Shown: positions 1 through 9,655 of the stretch, piece after piece | Layout: every line of letters starts with the position of its first letter | Position numbering within the stretch: position 1 is the first letter of the stretch | Assembly (NCBI GenBank): GCA_965230975.1 | Contig: OZ246402.1 | Span: 1,056,859 to 1,120,858 of the forward strand | Direction: 5' to 3' | Source of the DNA: an uncultured Candidatus Saccharibacteria bacterium | GTDB taxonomy: Bacteria; Patescibacteriota; Dojkabacteria; J137 | DNA: 64,000 nucleotides | Position numbers and translations under genes: made by a program | Notes under the pieces: generated by a model | Databases searched by the model: none | What the model was told of the DNA's origin: nothing | Seen by the model: the letters and a program-made list of their open reading frames with translations, nothing else

Positions 1-66
1 TTGTTTTGGTAGCAGGGTATTTAGTTATAATTACATCAGTAGGGCTATATATTTTATATAGAATAT

Positions 67-1107
67 ATGGTACTAAACGAAACTAAAAAACTGAGACTAC
101 TGTTAATATTGGGATTAATCATCCATATTATCTTTATATCTTTTTTATGGGGAGTCCAAAGAAACAATATTAATTTAAATTCAAAGTTAAGTTTTGATGA
201 AGATATTAAAGATGATAACAATGTATTAATTTCCTACCTAGAATCTTATAACCACGTTTTATATGGGTTAAGAGGGTTTGTAACTTCAAGTGAAAAAATT
301 ACTCAAGAAGAATGGAATTTATATACAAAATCTCTTAATATTACCGACACATACCCAGGTTTAAAAACCTTATTTTACCTACCTTACATACCACACAATA
401 GCAAAAACACTTTTATTAATAATTTGAAAAATGATTATAAAAATATTGCTTCTAACATTTCATTTAATTTAGAGTGGGAAAACAGAACTGCATACTTTCC
501 TGTACAATATACATATCCGTTTGAAGAAACAAAACTTATTATAGGGCAGGACTATATGCAATCAACAAATATATCTAGGGCAATTAATGACTCTATAGAT
601 AAGGGAATTGCAACTGCTACAGTCACAAAAGAGATTGAACAAACTCTACCTAAAGAGGTAGACTACTTGGTTTTCTTACCTATCTATAATAAATACCAAG
701 TTTTAGACACATTAGAACAAAGGCAAAATCAAATATTTGGTATAGTTGGATTAAGCCTAGACATAGATGAGCTTGTAGCTAAATCCTATACTAGTTTTAA
801 AAATAACAGACAAGTATATCTAGAGGTTTTTGATGTTACAGATAATTTACTTTCAAACAAAATTGTAGTGGCTGGCAATAGCGAAATTGCTAAAGAAAAC
901 AAAGGCTTTGATGTTTATAGTATATCTATAGGCGGTAGAAATTTAGAATTCAAATTCAAAGCAGAAGAATACTACAGAACAAATATAGTATTAATCAGAA
1001 ATACTGATATATTCTTTACCATTGTATTGTTACTTGGAATAGTAGCGCTTATATTAACTTATAGAATAATTAGTATTAAGCGACTTAAAACACAATACAG
1101 TATCTAA
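67..1107 (+). CDS. membrane-anchored CHASE-like extracytoplasmic sensor domain protein without a recognisable output domain
   Basis: ATG at 67. N-terminal TM helix (LLLILGLIIHIIFISFLW). Middle region has a CHASE-like pattern (QYTYPFEE...IIGQDYMQS...ATATVTKEIE). C-terminal TM helix (IFFTIVLLLGIVALILTY). No kinase, GGDEF or HD domain follows. Confidence 0.4.
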   Translation: MVLNETKKLRLLLILGLIIHIIFISFLWGVQRNNINLNSKLSFDEDIKDDNNVLISYLESYNHVLYGLRGFVTSSEKITQEEWNLYTKSLNITDTYPGLKTLFYLPYIPHNSKNTFINNLKNDYKNIASNISFNLEWENRTAYFPVQYTYPFEETKLIIGQDYMQSTNISRAINDSIDKGIATATVTKEIEQTLPKEVDYLVFLPIYNKYQVLDTLEQRQNQIFGIVGLSLDIDELVAKSYTSFKNNRQVYLEVFDVTDNLLSNKIVVAGNSEIAKENKGFDVYSISIGGRNLEFKFKAEEYYRTNIVLIRNTDIFFTIVLLLGIVALILTYRIISIKRLKTQYSI

Positions 1108-1163
1108 GGCTTAAAACCTGTTGTGCCCATTATCTTATAGTTTGGTATGATATAATATAGGGT

Positions 1164-1484
1164 ATGAGCATACCAATAGTAACAACAAATAACCCTAGAC
1201 CTACTGTAGAACATACAATACCAACTAATCCTACAGATTGCTTAAATGCTTTTAATAGAATGGGTGATATTATTATTCAAGTTTTTCCAACTTTCAATAG
1301 AGATGCAAATAATAAATTGTTATCTGTAGGGCTAACAATACAAAATTCTAATAATCAAATATTAAATACCTTGGTTGTAGACTCGTCTTCTCAAAGGACA
1401 ATAAACTACCAGTTTCAAACCTTTGCATTAACTGTAAATTTAGAGTTAGGATCTGTAAGTATAACTAACATAACAGAAAATTAA
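1164..1484 (+). CDS. hypothetical small protein (Thr/Asn/Pro-rich)
   Basis: 106-aa ORF with no recognisable motifs; low-complexity N-terminus. Confidence 0.25.
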   Translation: MSIPIVTTNNPRPTVEHTIPTNPTDCLNAFNRMGDIIIQVFPTFNRDANNKLLSVGLTIQNSNNQILNTLVVDSSSQRTINYQFQTFALTVNLELGSVSITNITEN

Positions 1485-1547
1485 AATCCCCACGTAACAT
1501 TTATAATCTTTTTATTGTATAATATTAACCTATTACAATAGATACCA

Positions 1548-2639
1548 ATGAATGGAAACAAACAAATTTTAGGAGATGTTACTAGTGAATTAAGTCTTAT
1601 TCTACAAACACATGCCAATCTATTCTCCAGTTTAAAACTAACAGAAGATATTGCAATTTCCATTGTTAATATGATTGGTGAATATCAAGTTAGCCTATTG
1701 GGTTATATTCAAAATAATGCACCTGCTAATATTCAACCACAACTAGAAACATTCTTAAATACTCAGGTGAATATATTATTACAAAAATATAGGGGTGAAA
1801 AATACAGCGATAATCCTTCAGTGCAAACAGATCTACTTATTGAACAAGGGAAACCATTTTTAAATGAATTAGACTACGTAACACTTATACTAGTTGCTCT
1901 TTATATTCAAAATTTATGTACCAAGTCAACATTAACAGGCGAAATCAGCATAAGTTCTATTACCTTAGATTTTATTAACTCGGATAGCGAACATGCCTTA
2001 CAAGATAACTCAGACTTACCTGCACTAATCAACCAAATAGTTTCAAAAAATCTAAATTTACAAAATATTAAATTAAAGTTAGAAATTGCACTTACTATTT
2101 TTAAACGAGAAATTGATTCACAACAGTTAGAATTATTACAAAAGGCCGGTGGAGAAGCAATGAATCTTGGCATTTCAAACGCAAGAGAATTTATAAAAAT
2201 AAATGGGCTAGAAGATGTACTAATCAAGTTATCTGAAGAGATTATAATATCCCTTTTAAATTTAGTTAATGAGCTTTGTGCTGAAATGCTAAATACAAAT
2301 AAACTTAATCTGAACCAATTCTCTAGTGGTGACATTGATTATGACACTTTTAGACAAAATATATATGGTTTTGCAGATTTAATTAAGCAAAGATTTAAGG
2401 CTAGAGTAAGTGAATTAATTTCAATAGAAAACTCACTTTCACAAACTATGCTAGAAGATAAAAACTTGGAAAGGCTTAGTGAGTTCTTTTATCAATTTTT
2501 TGAGATGAAGGTATTTAAACCAGTCTCGGATTTAGCAACAAATGAAACCACTACACAAGTCAATGACTTATATGGAAAGCTTATTCATATGCATATTGCA
2601 ATCTTAGTCTTGGTTCACTGGAATTCGAATCTAAGCTAA
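1548..2639 (+). CDS. hypothetical protein (predicted alpha-helical)
   Basis: 363-aa ORF with coding-like composition; no recognisable catalytic motif. Confidence 0.4.
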   Translation: MNGNKQILGDVTSELSLILQTHANLFSSLKLTEDIAISIVNMIGEYQVSLLGYIQNNAPANIQPQLETFLNTQVNILLQKYRGEKYSDNPSVQTDLLIEQGKPFLNELDYVTLILVALYIQNLCTKSTLTGEISISSITLDFINSDSEHALQDNSDLPALINQIVSKNLNLQNIKLKLEIALTIFKREIDSQQLELLQKAGGEAMNLGISNAREFIKINGLEDVLIKLSEEIIISLLNLVNELCAEMLNTNKLNLNQFSSGDIDYDTFRQNIYGFADLIKQRFKARVSELISIENSLSQTMLEDKNLERLSEFFYQFFEMKVFKPVSDLATNETTTQVNDLYGKLIHMHIAILVLVHWNSNLS

Positions 2640-2705
2640 TTCTATTTCAGGTTTGTTGCGTGCAGGCATTATATTTATTAATATTAATGTGTTGATTTAT
2701 TCTTT

Positions 2706-2963
2706 ATGCAAACCGAATTTGTTCAAAAAATTTCAGTCAATACTTTTAGTGATTATTTAAAAAGATTCACCAATGAGCTTGGCGATCCCACTTATTTTGT
2801 AAAACAAAATCTAGATAAAGAGTATTTTTGGGAAACTGAAAACTTTAAGTTTAGCTTAATTGAATCAGCCGATACAAAAACCTATTATTATCACATTGAG
2901 TCTTTTTGTGATAAATCACCTTTAGAGTTTCAACACGAGTTAAGAGTTAAACCTGATTTTTGA
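2706..2963 (+). CDS. hypothetical small protein
   Basis: 85-aa ORF starting with ATG at 2706; no motifs. Confidence 0.3.
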   Translation: MQTEFVQKISVNTFSDYLKRFTNELGDPTYFVKQNLDKEYFWETENFKFSLIESADTKTYYYHIESFCDKSPLEFQHELRVKPDF

Positions 2964-2966
2964 TAT

Positions 2967-4352
2967 TTACTTAAAATGAGTCCAATCTGTCCAAGCCATA
3001 TTTTTACCGCCTGATGCTGCAGCTACTGGATAATTTGTTCCGATTGCTTTATTAACTACCCACGGAATCCAAGAGTCGTCTCCTTCGGGTGCATAGTTGA
3101 TTTGGTATAATATGTCCATTGTTCTTTTAAGAGCATTATCCCCCGAGTTAATTGAAAGTTTTCCAGCTCTAGATAGCATTATGCTAGCAACAACATACCC
3201 TTGCATGCCTTCCCACATATAACCAGATTTTGTTGGTGGCCATGCAAATTCAGCGCCTCTTCGCCAATCTTCTGGCAAAACTCCAGATACATCAACCCCA
3301 TTTATTTTGCTTCCAACTTTATTAATTCCATATCTGTTAGTAGAATCTGCGTGCCAATTAGTGCTTTGACAGTAAAGATTGTTAGTTACAGTTTCTCCAA
3401 TGAATGCCCTGTGTGCATTTACAAGTCTTTGCAGTAATGCATCATCTTTTAAATATAAAGCAGCTGCAATAGCAGAGGCTCTTGCATGGCCACCCCAGTT
3501 ATTTGGGGCTCTTAATGCGGTACAGACTAATCCACCTAAACTGTTGCATGATTCTGCAACTCCTGACGAGTTACACAAATCTGAGCCTCCTGTATGTGGA
3601 GATACATCTGCATTTAGCATATTTCTGACCCAAGTTTCAAACTCTGGTGTTCTATATCCTATAATATCTGCCGAGATTATGTATGTTTGCAGTCCTCTAG
3701 ATAATTCTAATGACCTAGCTAAGGGAGAGTTCATTGCAGATTGTAAACCCTGTATAGTTTTATTTCGCATGTTAGTATCATCTAGTCTTACTGCAACTAA
3801 TGCTCCTGCAAGTGTTTTAATATCGTGTGATGAGTTGTTATCACTTAAATTTGCACTTCCCCAACTACTGTTAGCAGTGCTTACTATATTATTCCATGCG
3901 GAGTAACATAAGCTACCACTTGTACACCCGGTGTTACCAGCTATAGGCAATGCTTTAATCTCTTGTGGGGAAAGCCATATTCCAGTTGTTGGTGTTACTG
4001 GTGGGGGTGTAGTTACGCAGTAGTCAGTTTTTTTGTATACTTTTGCAAACTCTTGAAAGTCTGCAACATCTAAATAGCAATCATCTTTAATTATATCTAA
4101 GCTACAGTTTATGTTTGATTTTTTATAGTTTTGACCCAATGTTCCAAAATCTTGTATGTCTACCAATTGGTTATTATTAAAATCTCCTTTACAAATTGCT
4201 CCATTTGCTTTGACATGTGAGATATTTGGGTTTAAAGCGGGTGCAAGTATTATAGTAGAGCTTGCAATTAAAAAGATAGATGTAAATATTAAGGATCTTG
4301 TTGCATTTTTGTATTTGTTTATCATTTTTGTATGGTAAATATTAATTAGCAT
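2967..4352 (-). CDS. secreted protein, possibly a polysaccharide lyase-like (alpha/alpha toroid) enzyme with dockerin-like Asp/Asn repeats
   Basis: N-terminal signal peptide (KYKNATRSLIFTSIFLIASSTIILAPALN). Two D-x-N/D-rich segments (KGDFNNNQLVDIQDFG and DIIKDDCYLDVADFQEF). C-terminal region (NNWGGHARASAIAAALYL, WHADSTNRYG) is reminiscent of alginate-lyase/heparinase-like folds; the assignment is weak. Confidence 0.3.
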   Translation of the reverse strand: MLINIYHTKMINKYKNATRSLIFTSIFLIASSTIILAPALNPNISHVKANGAICKGDFNNNQLVDIQDFGTLGQNYKKSNINCSLDIIKDDCYLDVADFQEFAKVYKKTDYCVTTPPPVTPTTGIWLSPQEIKALPIAGNTGCTSGSLCYSAWNNIVSTANSSWGSANLSDNNSSHDIKTLAGALVAVRLDDTNMRNKTIQGLQSAMNSPLARSLELSRGLQTYIISADIIGYRTPEFETWVRNMLNADVSPHTGGSDLCNSSGVAESCNSLGGLVCTALRAPNNWGGHARASAIAAALYLKDDALLQRLVNAHRAFIGETVTNNLYCQSTNWHADSTNRYGINKVGSKINGVDVSGVLPEDWRRGAEFAWPPTKSGYMWEGMQGYVVASIMLSRAGKLSINSGDNALKRTMDILYQINYAPEGDDSWIPWVVNKAIGTNYPVAAASGGKNMAWTDWTHFK

Positions 4353-4455
4353 ATCATATTTTATTATTTTAAATTGTAAATTTTTATTTTGCTTTCTCGT
4401 TGTGTAAATGGGAATTATCTAATATAATTAGCCTACGTTCTTCAATAATGTTTGT

Positions 4456-4531
4456 GCTAGGGTAGCTCAGCTGGTAGAGCAGGGGCCTGAAGAGCCCTGT
4501 GTCGGCGGTTCAAGTCCGTCCCCTGGCACCA
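4456..4531 (+). tRNA. tRNA-Phe (anticodon GAA), 3' CCA encoded
   Basis: Cloverleaf readable. Acceptor GCUAGGG/CCCUGGC with one G-U pair. D-arm GCUC-AGCUGGUA-GAGC. Anticodon stem GGGGC/GCCCU with loop CUGAAGA (anticodon GAA). T-arm GGCGG-UUCAAGU-CCGUC. Discriminator A followed by CCA. Confidence 0.85.
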
Positions 4532-4537
4532 TTTATT

Positions 4538-5308
4538 TCAAATCCTGACATTTCCTTCCTGTTTTACAATCTCCCAAATCTTTGCGAATTGTTTATCGAT
4601 TATTTTTGGATCTACATGACTTGCAGGGTGAAAGTTAGGAATAATATAAATATCTTTAACTTTAATATACCCCTCAGATGGAAGATTATTAATAACTTCG
4701 GTGATTGTCTTTCCATAATCTAGTCGAAAGTACTTAGCTAATGACTCCCAAGCCATTCCACCTAGTGGCATTATTAGCTTAGGGTCAACAATCTCTATCT
4801 GTTTGATAAGGTATGGATATGAATGACTTAAACTTACTTTAGGTTCAAAATTATCATTACCCCGAAATAAATGACCTTTCCGAGTTAATAAAACTGCAAC
4901 TGTAAAAAAGAAAAGGTCCCAATCTTTCTGAGTAATATCTTTATTAAATATTCGTAGATAGTTATTAGTGAGTGATCGAATTATGAACTTTTCTGTCCTA
5001 GAAGAGAATCCATTAAATAAAAACTTTTCATAGTCAAAGTCATCCTTAGTTTTTTCAATTTTATAATCATCTATAAAATTTTGTAAAGCGCTATAAGGTC
5101 CCCAATCTTGTCCAATAATCATAATAGGAGAATCAGCTCTTCTAACCCAATCAAACCATTTATTTGGTATTTGGTTGTGAAGTGCATAATGATTTACTAA
5201 ACCCACATCTAGCTCTATATCCTTACGTTTAACAATATATTTCTCAAGTTTGTTATCCCTACTTAAACTATCAATTAATTTTTGCATCAACTTTTCTTTA
5301 TTTTGCAT
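4538..5308 (-). CDS. uracil-DNA glycosylase superfamily protein
   Basis: IMIIGQDWGPYSA resembles UDG motif A (GQDPY-like). IIPNFHPASHVD resembles motif B (HPSP-like). 256 aa. Located 6 bp from the tRNA-Phe 3' end. Confidence 0.45.
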   Translation of the reverse strand: MQNKEKLMQKLIDSLSRDNKLEKYIVKRKDIELDVGLVNHYALHNQIPNKWFDWVRRADSPIMIIGQDWGPYSALQNFIDDYKIEKTKDDFDYEKFLFNGFSSRTEKFIIRSLTNNYLRIFNKDITQKDWDLFFFTVAVLLTRKGHLFRGNDNFEPKVSLSHSYPYLIKQIEIVDPKLIMPLGGMAWESLAKYFRLDYGKTITEVINNLPSEGYIKVKDIYIIPNFHPASHVDPKIIDKQFAKIWEIVKQEGNVRI

Positions 5309-5339
5309 AGGATTATTATCTCATGAATTTTACTCTGGA

Positions 5340-5444
5340 ACTCATCTAATTTTCTTATCAATATTACTTAGCAAGAAACTCAAATTAAACTCATTTTTAT
5401 CGGAAAATGTCGGTTTCGGGGTAAACGTACACCGCTCACCAAAT
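5340..5444 (+). repeat. cassette-associated direct repeat, copy 1
   Basis: ...catctaattttcttatcaatatt...caaattaaactcatttttatcggaaaatgtcggtttcggggtaaacgtacaccgctcaccaaat. Core GTTT-N6-AAAC-GTACACCGCTCACCAAAT is shared with the other copies. Confidence 0.8.
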
Positions 5445-5483
5445 AAACCTCATATAATCTTTTCAAAAATGGTATAATTACAT

Positions 5484-5672
5484 ATGCACAATTGGAATAT
5501 AGACACCTCAAAATTTAAGGATAGAAAACAAAAGAAAATCTGGGAACTTGAGCAGAAGATTAATTATGGGTTAAAAGATACTAAACTCTCAAAAAGAGAT
5601 CTGAAAAAATACTTGCCTGAATTACGAATTGATAAAGACAAGAAGAAGTATATTGAATTTATTCTTCAATGA
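5484..5672 (+). CDS. small Lys-rich protein, putative partner (antitoxin-like) of the downstream AbiEii-type nucleotidyltransferase
   Basis: 62-aa ORF. Its stop overlaps the start of the next gene by 4 nt (ATGA), which suggests translational coupling. Confidence 0.35.
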   Translation: MHNWNIDTSKFKDRKQKKIWELEQKINYGLKDTKLSKRDLKKYLPELRIDKDKKKYIEFILQ

Positions 5673-6340
5673 AACCATTCCCAAATAAAGAACTACTAAC
5701 ACCTGAACAACTAAAATTTCTAGAGTTAGTAAACGAAAATACATCAATTAACAAATTATTTAAATTCTCAGGTGGAACAGCTCTAACAACATTTTATATT
5801 CCATACAGGTACTCAGACGATTTAGATTTTTTTTCAGAGCAGATCTTTGAACCTATTGGCATAACGAATTTTATTGCATCTCTAAAAAAGCAGCTAGGAT
5901 TTAATGAATATACATACACCGCATCGTTTAATAGAAATCTATACTTCTTAAGGTTTGACAATGGGTATGAACTCAAAATAGAATTTACTTACTATCCCTT
6001 TGCAACTATAAAACCTCCTTTGAAATTTGGGAACATTAATGTTGATTCTGAGTATGACCTTGCTGTAAACAAGCTTTTTACAATTTATCAAAATCCAAGT
6101 TTAAGACACTTTATGGATTTATATATGTTAATTAAAAAGTATGAATTCAGCTTTGAGGAAATTAAGAAAGATGCTCAAATAAAATTTGGAACATATATAG
6201 AGCATATTCAATTGGGTAGTCAACTTTTAAAGGTAGAATCACTTGAGGATTCTCCTAGACTCATTCAGCAATTAGATTCAAATTGGAAAAAATACTTTTT
6301 GAAAATGGCAAAAAATCTAAGTTCTACAGTCCTAGCTTAA
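5669..6340 (+). CDS. AbiEii/AbiGii-type nucleotidyltransferase toxin family protein (DUF1814-like)
   Basis: Motif FKFSGGTALTTFYIPYRYSDDLDFF matches the GGTAL...R(F/Y)SeDiDF signature of the AbiEii nucleotidyltransferase family. Confidence 0.55.
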   Translation: MKPFPNKELLTPEQLKFLELVNENTSINKLFKFSGGTALTTFYIPYRYSDDLDFFSEQIFEPIGITNFIASLKKQLGFNEYTYTASFNRNLYFLRFDNGYELKIEFTYYPFATIKPPLKFGNINVDSEYDLAVNKLFTIYQNPSLRHFMDLYMLIKKYEFSFEEIKKDAQIKFGTYIEHIQLGSQLLKVESLEDSPRLIQQLDSNWKKYFLKMAKNLSSTVLA

Positions 6341-6351
6341 GCAATTCTACT

Positions 6352-6433
6352 TACCTTCTTTTCAATATCAGGAATCACAAACACTAGATTATACTCTCTG
6401 GTTTTTGGGGTAAACACACCGCTCACCAAATTT
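6352..6433 (+). repeat. cassette-associated direct repeat, copy 2
   Basis: cttcttttcaatatcaggaatcacaaacactagattatactctctggtttttggggtaaacacaccgctcaccaaattt. Confidence 0.8.
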
Positions 6434-6488
6434 CCTCTTTGAAAGTTTATTTAGTAGAATTATATTATATTTGTTTAAGTAAATTTTT

Positions 6489-7433
6489 ATGGATAAATTC
6501 ACTAAATATAAATTTCTTATCACCGTCTATAACGTTAGTATTTTAATTAAAACTGATAGTGCAAACTTAGCTAATATATTAAAAGATGAATTATTATTGA
6601 GTCTTTTTTTACCTGACTTTTTTATTTCTTTACAAGAGGAAGAAAAGCTCACCTCTTTTGACTACTGTTTAACATGCATCCAATCTGATGAGAAGAAAGT
6701 ATTTTCTAACTTCAGGCGAGATGACTTTCTGCTACTTGATGATTGGATAAGTTTTAACAAATATAATTTTTTGGCATTTTTATTATCGTTATTTCAATCA
6801 AAGCTAATATTGAATTCTATTTACATATTGCACGCCGCTGCAGTGCAGTATAATGATATTGGTTTAATATTAATAGGAGATTCAGGTTCAGGTAAAACTA
6901 CCTCCATGCTCGAACTACTAAAGATAGACAAAGGTTTTAAAATAATTGGAAATAACCGAGTTGCAATTGAATCAAAAGAAACTTGTGTAATCAGAGGTGG
7001 CGCAACTGGTATATCGCTAAGAAAGAATATGGACATTAATGAATATATTGATATTCATGGTGGAAACCATATGGAAATCCATGGTGGGAGGAAGCTTTTT
7101 AGACCCGAATATAAATCTTCGGGTGAATTTAATAAAATCAGAAAAATTATTTTCATAGCACTAAGATTGAATCCTGGCGTCGAGGAATATTCGGATAATT
7201 TAGGCTTAGAAAACTCTCATTTACTACTATATCCTGAATTATTAGGAGTTAAAGATAGAGAAGTGGTTCTTTTCAACGGAACCCAAGCAATCCCTTTACT
7301 ATATAATGAGTATGAAGTTAAACAAAAGGTCATAGAAGATACTGCTAAAATAATCAATCAGTCAGAAATCATAAGAATTGCCGGTTCTTTAGAGTTTATA
7401 ACTAAAAAGATCCATGAATTAGTAAAAATTTAG
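6489..7433 (+). CDS. HPr kinase C-terminal-domain-like P-loop protein (HprK-like putative small-molecule or peptide kinase)
   Basis: ILHAAAVQYNDIGLILIGDSGSGKTTSMLELL resembles the HprK/P C-terminal P-loop region (H..AV...G.G.LI.G.SG.GKS). 314 aa. Confidence 0.4.
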   Translation: MDKFTKYKFLITVYNVSILIKTDSANLANILKDELLLSLFLPDFFISLQEEEKLTSFDYCLTCIQSDEKKVFSNFRRDDFLLLDDWISFNKYNFLAFLLSLFQSKLILNSIYILHAAAVQYNDIGLILIGDSGSGKTTSMLELLKIDKGFKIIGNNRVAIESKETCVIRGGATGISLRKNMDINEYIDIHGGNHMEIHGGRKLFRPEYKSSGEFNKIRKIIFIALRLNPGVEEYSDNLGLENSHLLLYPELLGVKDREVVLFNGTQAIPLLYNEYEVKQKVIEDTAKIINQSEIIRIAGSLEFITKKIHELVKI

Positions 7434-7479
7434 CAAGCAATAAATAAGAACTGATATCACACTCTTGATCTCTTATCAA

Positions 7480-7518
7480 TGTCTGTTTGGCTTACCAATA
7501 GACATCCCTCACAAAGTT
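7480..7518 (+). repeat. degenerate copy of the cassette-associated repeat
   Basis: tgtttggcttaccaatagacatccctcacaaagtt aligns to ggtttcggggtaaacgtacaccgctcaccaaat with about 12/17 identity in the core. Confidence 0.4.
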
Positions 7519-7562
7519 TTAAAACTCTTTCGTATTTCAGCTAATTCTTGTAAAATCCTTTT

Positions 7563-8324
7563 ATGGAAGAAAATGTAGTATTTAAAAATTCAAAAGGTGA
7601 TAATTTATCCGGAGTATTTCGTATTGTAAATAATGATATTAATACACATGTAGTGGTATTCGGACATGGATTTACCTCGAACAAAAATGGATCAGCAAAA
7701 GATCTTTCAATTAAGCTAGGTACTTTAGGCATAAACGCTTTCAGATTTGATTTTTATGGACATGGGGAAAGCGAAGGTAAATTTGAAAATATCACAGTAA
7801 GTGAAGGGGTAGACGATATGATACAAGCGATAAATTATGTTAAATCACGAGGATTCACGAAAGTTAGTTTGTTTGGTACTAGCTTTGGCGGACTTTGTTC
7901 AATAATCGCTGCATCTCGCGTCCAAAATCTTACCTTACTTGCTTTAAGAGCTCCAATGCCTGATTTCTATATTAGAGATTTAATGAAAAAATCAAAGCAA
8001 GACCTGGCTGATTGGAAAAGGAAAGGTTATAGAATATATAAACGTAGAGATGGTAGTGAACTTAATCTAAACTATTCTTTTTTTGAAGATTCTAAATCTA
8101 ATAGTGCTTTCATTGCAGGTGAAAAGATTGATATTCCTACATTTATAGTGGTAGGAGATCATGATGAATCCATACCCGTAATATTAAGTGAAATGCTGGC
8201 TAAATCTATTCCTAATTCAGAACTCAGGATCATAGAAGGTGGAGATCATTCATTCACGAATGAAAATCATGACAAAGAGGCAATAGATATTCTTTTCCAA
8301 TTTATACAAAATCATTTACACTAA
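7563..8324 (+). CDS. alpha/beta hydrolase fold protein
   Basis: HGFTSN oxyanion region, GTSFGG nucleophile elbow (GxSxG), and C-terminal GDHDE / GGDHSF acid/His region. 253 aa. Confidence 0.6.
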   Translation: MEENVVFKNSKGDNLSGVFRIVNNDINTHVVVFGHGFTSNKNGSAKDLSIKLGTLGINAFRFDFYGHGESEGKFENITVSEGVDDMIQAINYVKSRGFTKVSLFGTSFGGLCSIIAASRVQNLTLLALRAPMPDFYIRDLMKKSKQDLADWKRKGYRIYKRRDGSELNLNYSFFEDSKSNSAFIAGEKIDIPTFIVVGDHDESIPVILSEMLAKSIPNSELRIIEGGDHSFTNENHDKEAIDILFQFIQNHLH

Positions 8325-8382
8325 TTAGAGAGTTAGAGGATGAGACAGTACATATGGTCAAAGATACTAATTAAATGTGATT

Positions 8383-8470
8383 CTCTTAATCTCCTATTAA
8401 TATCATGAATAACAAACACTAAATTAAACTCTTTTGGTTTCCTTGCAAACGTACACCACTCACCAAATTT
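8383..8470 (+). repeat. cassette-associated direct repeat, copy 3
   Basis: ctcctattaatatcatgaataacaaacactaaattaaactcttttggtttccttgcaaacgtacaccactcaccaaattt. Confidence 0.8.
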
Positions 8471-8512
8471 CAATCTTGCAAAAAAGTCCATAGAATAATA
8501 GAATTAGTAATT

Positions 8513-9496
8513 ATGGACACAATTACTCCCTATGAATGGGGGCTTACAATTCCGAATATTCGATCTTTACAACCTGGATTACCTGAACAAACTTATGTGA
8601 TCTTAGAGAATTTAGATGCATATATAGAAAAGATAGTAACTTCTCTAAACAAGAAAGTTAAAAAGGCTACAAGATTAGGTGGATGGTCTTCGATAAATGT
8701 TAAATTAGATACAGAGGACAACCAAAGTTATGTAATCAAAATAGATCCATGGGTTGGAGTCTTAGTTACATCGGCAACGTTTTATACCTTAGTTAAAGAG
8801 CGATATCCTCAACAAAAAGTTCCTAGACTAGTTAAACTAGACGAATCAAAAGAAGTAATTCCTCATGAATTCTTAGTTTTAGAATATATTGAACACGACA
8901 GCACATCTACCTTCTCTACAGAAGATAAATATGGCGCTGGAAGATTGTTTGGAGATTTTTTAAAAGATATACACAAAATAAGGGTAGAGGGGTATGGCTC
9001 TCCACAAAGTACAGTGCGATGGAAGTTTAAGACATGGGCAGAGGCTCTGCGAAACTTTCTTAACTCTAGATACTTTTCCAAGGCATCAGAAATCTTTGAT
9101 CAAGAAACTATTGACTTCATCATGCAATTACCTACCAGAGCAGAGCCCTCAGAATCAATGCTATTACACGCCGATGTAAGTATTGAAAATTGCTTATTTA
9201 AGCGGGAGAATGACCAACTCCAGATTGCTGCAATAATTGACCCTGATACAACAGGAGGAGATCCTTATTGGGATTTGGCTATAGGAATCGGAAAGAACGA
9301 TGACTTTTCCAGAGGGATTGTTGAAAGTTATTTAGGAGTAGATGCTGAAAAAGAACTTAATTCAAGAAGATTCCTTATTCTTAGTCTGATATATCTCTTT
9401 TGGATTATAGGCTGGAGACAAACAATGGGATTGGATATAAGTGAATATAAAACAGAGTTCGAAGAACAACTAGCTAAATTAAAAGCCATTATTTAA
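8513..9496 (+). CDS. aminoglycoside/choline-kinase-like phosphotransferase (protein-kinase-like fold)
   Basis: LLHADVSIENCLF is a catalytic-loop HxD...N pattern. IIDPDTTGGDPYWDLA matches the APH-family D.D...GDP..DLA pattern. Confidence 0.5.
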   Translation: MDTITPYEWGLTIPNIRSLQPGLPEQTYVILENLDAYIEKIVTSLNKKVKKATRLGGWSSINVKLDTEDNQSYVIKIDPWVGVLVTSATFYTLVKERYPQQKVPRLVKLDESKEVIPHEFLVLEYIEHDSTSTFSTEDKYGAGRLFGDFLKDIHKIRVEGYGSPQSTVRWKFKTWAEALRNFLNSRYFSKASEIFDQETIDFIMQLPTRAEPSESMLLHADVSIENCLFKRENDQLQIAAIIDPDTTGGDPYWDLAIGIGKNDDFSRGIVESYLGVDAEKELNSRRFLILSLIYLFWIIGWRQTMGLDISEYKTEFEEQLAKLKAII

Positions 9497-9509
9497 CTCT
9501 TCTAATCTC

Positions 9510-9597
9510 ACGATCTACATCAACTAGAAGAAAGCTTAGATTAACATTCGAACTAGAGTGTAGGGGTTTCGTGGCAAACGAACACCGCTCACCATTT
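9510..9597 (+). repeat. cassette-associated direct repeat, copy 4
   Basis: cgatctacatcaactagaagaaagcttagattaacattcgaactagagtgtaggggtttcgtggcaaacgaacaccgctcaccattt. Confidence 0.75.
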
Positions 9598-9655
9598 AAA
9601 ACTGCTTTCATTTCCTTTGCTAATAATATAAAATTGGATATTTAAATCTCTTGCT

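Noticed and set aside
1907-2335. 142-aa minus-strand ORF inside the 1548-2639 gene
   Set aside because: It lies entirely within a longer, better-supported ORF on the opposite strand. It is Ser/Leu/Phe-rich antisense reading of AT-rich codons, so I regard it as spurious.
3201-3906. Two plus-strand ORFs (3201-3437, 3379-3906) antisense to the secreted protein gene
   Set aside because: They are embedded in the 461-aa minus-strand gene. They have no start context or motifs and are typical shadow ORFs.
4456-5308. UDG-like gene next to tRNA-Phe as an integrase or att site of the cassette array
   Set aside because: The protein has UDG-superfamily motifs, not tyrosine or serine recombinase motifs. 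No repeat of the tRNA-Phe 3' end was seen elsewhere in the window.
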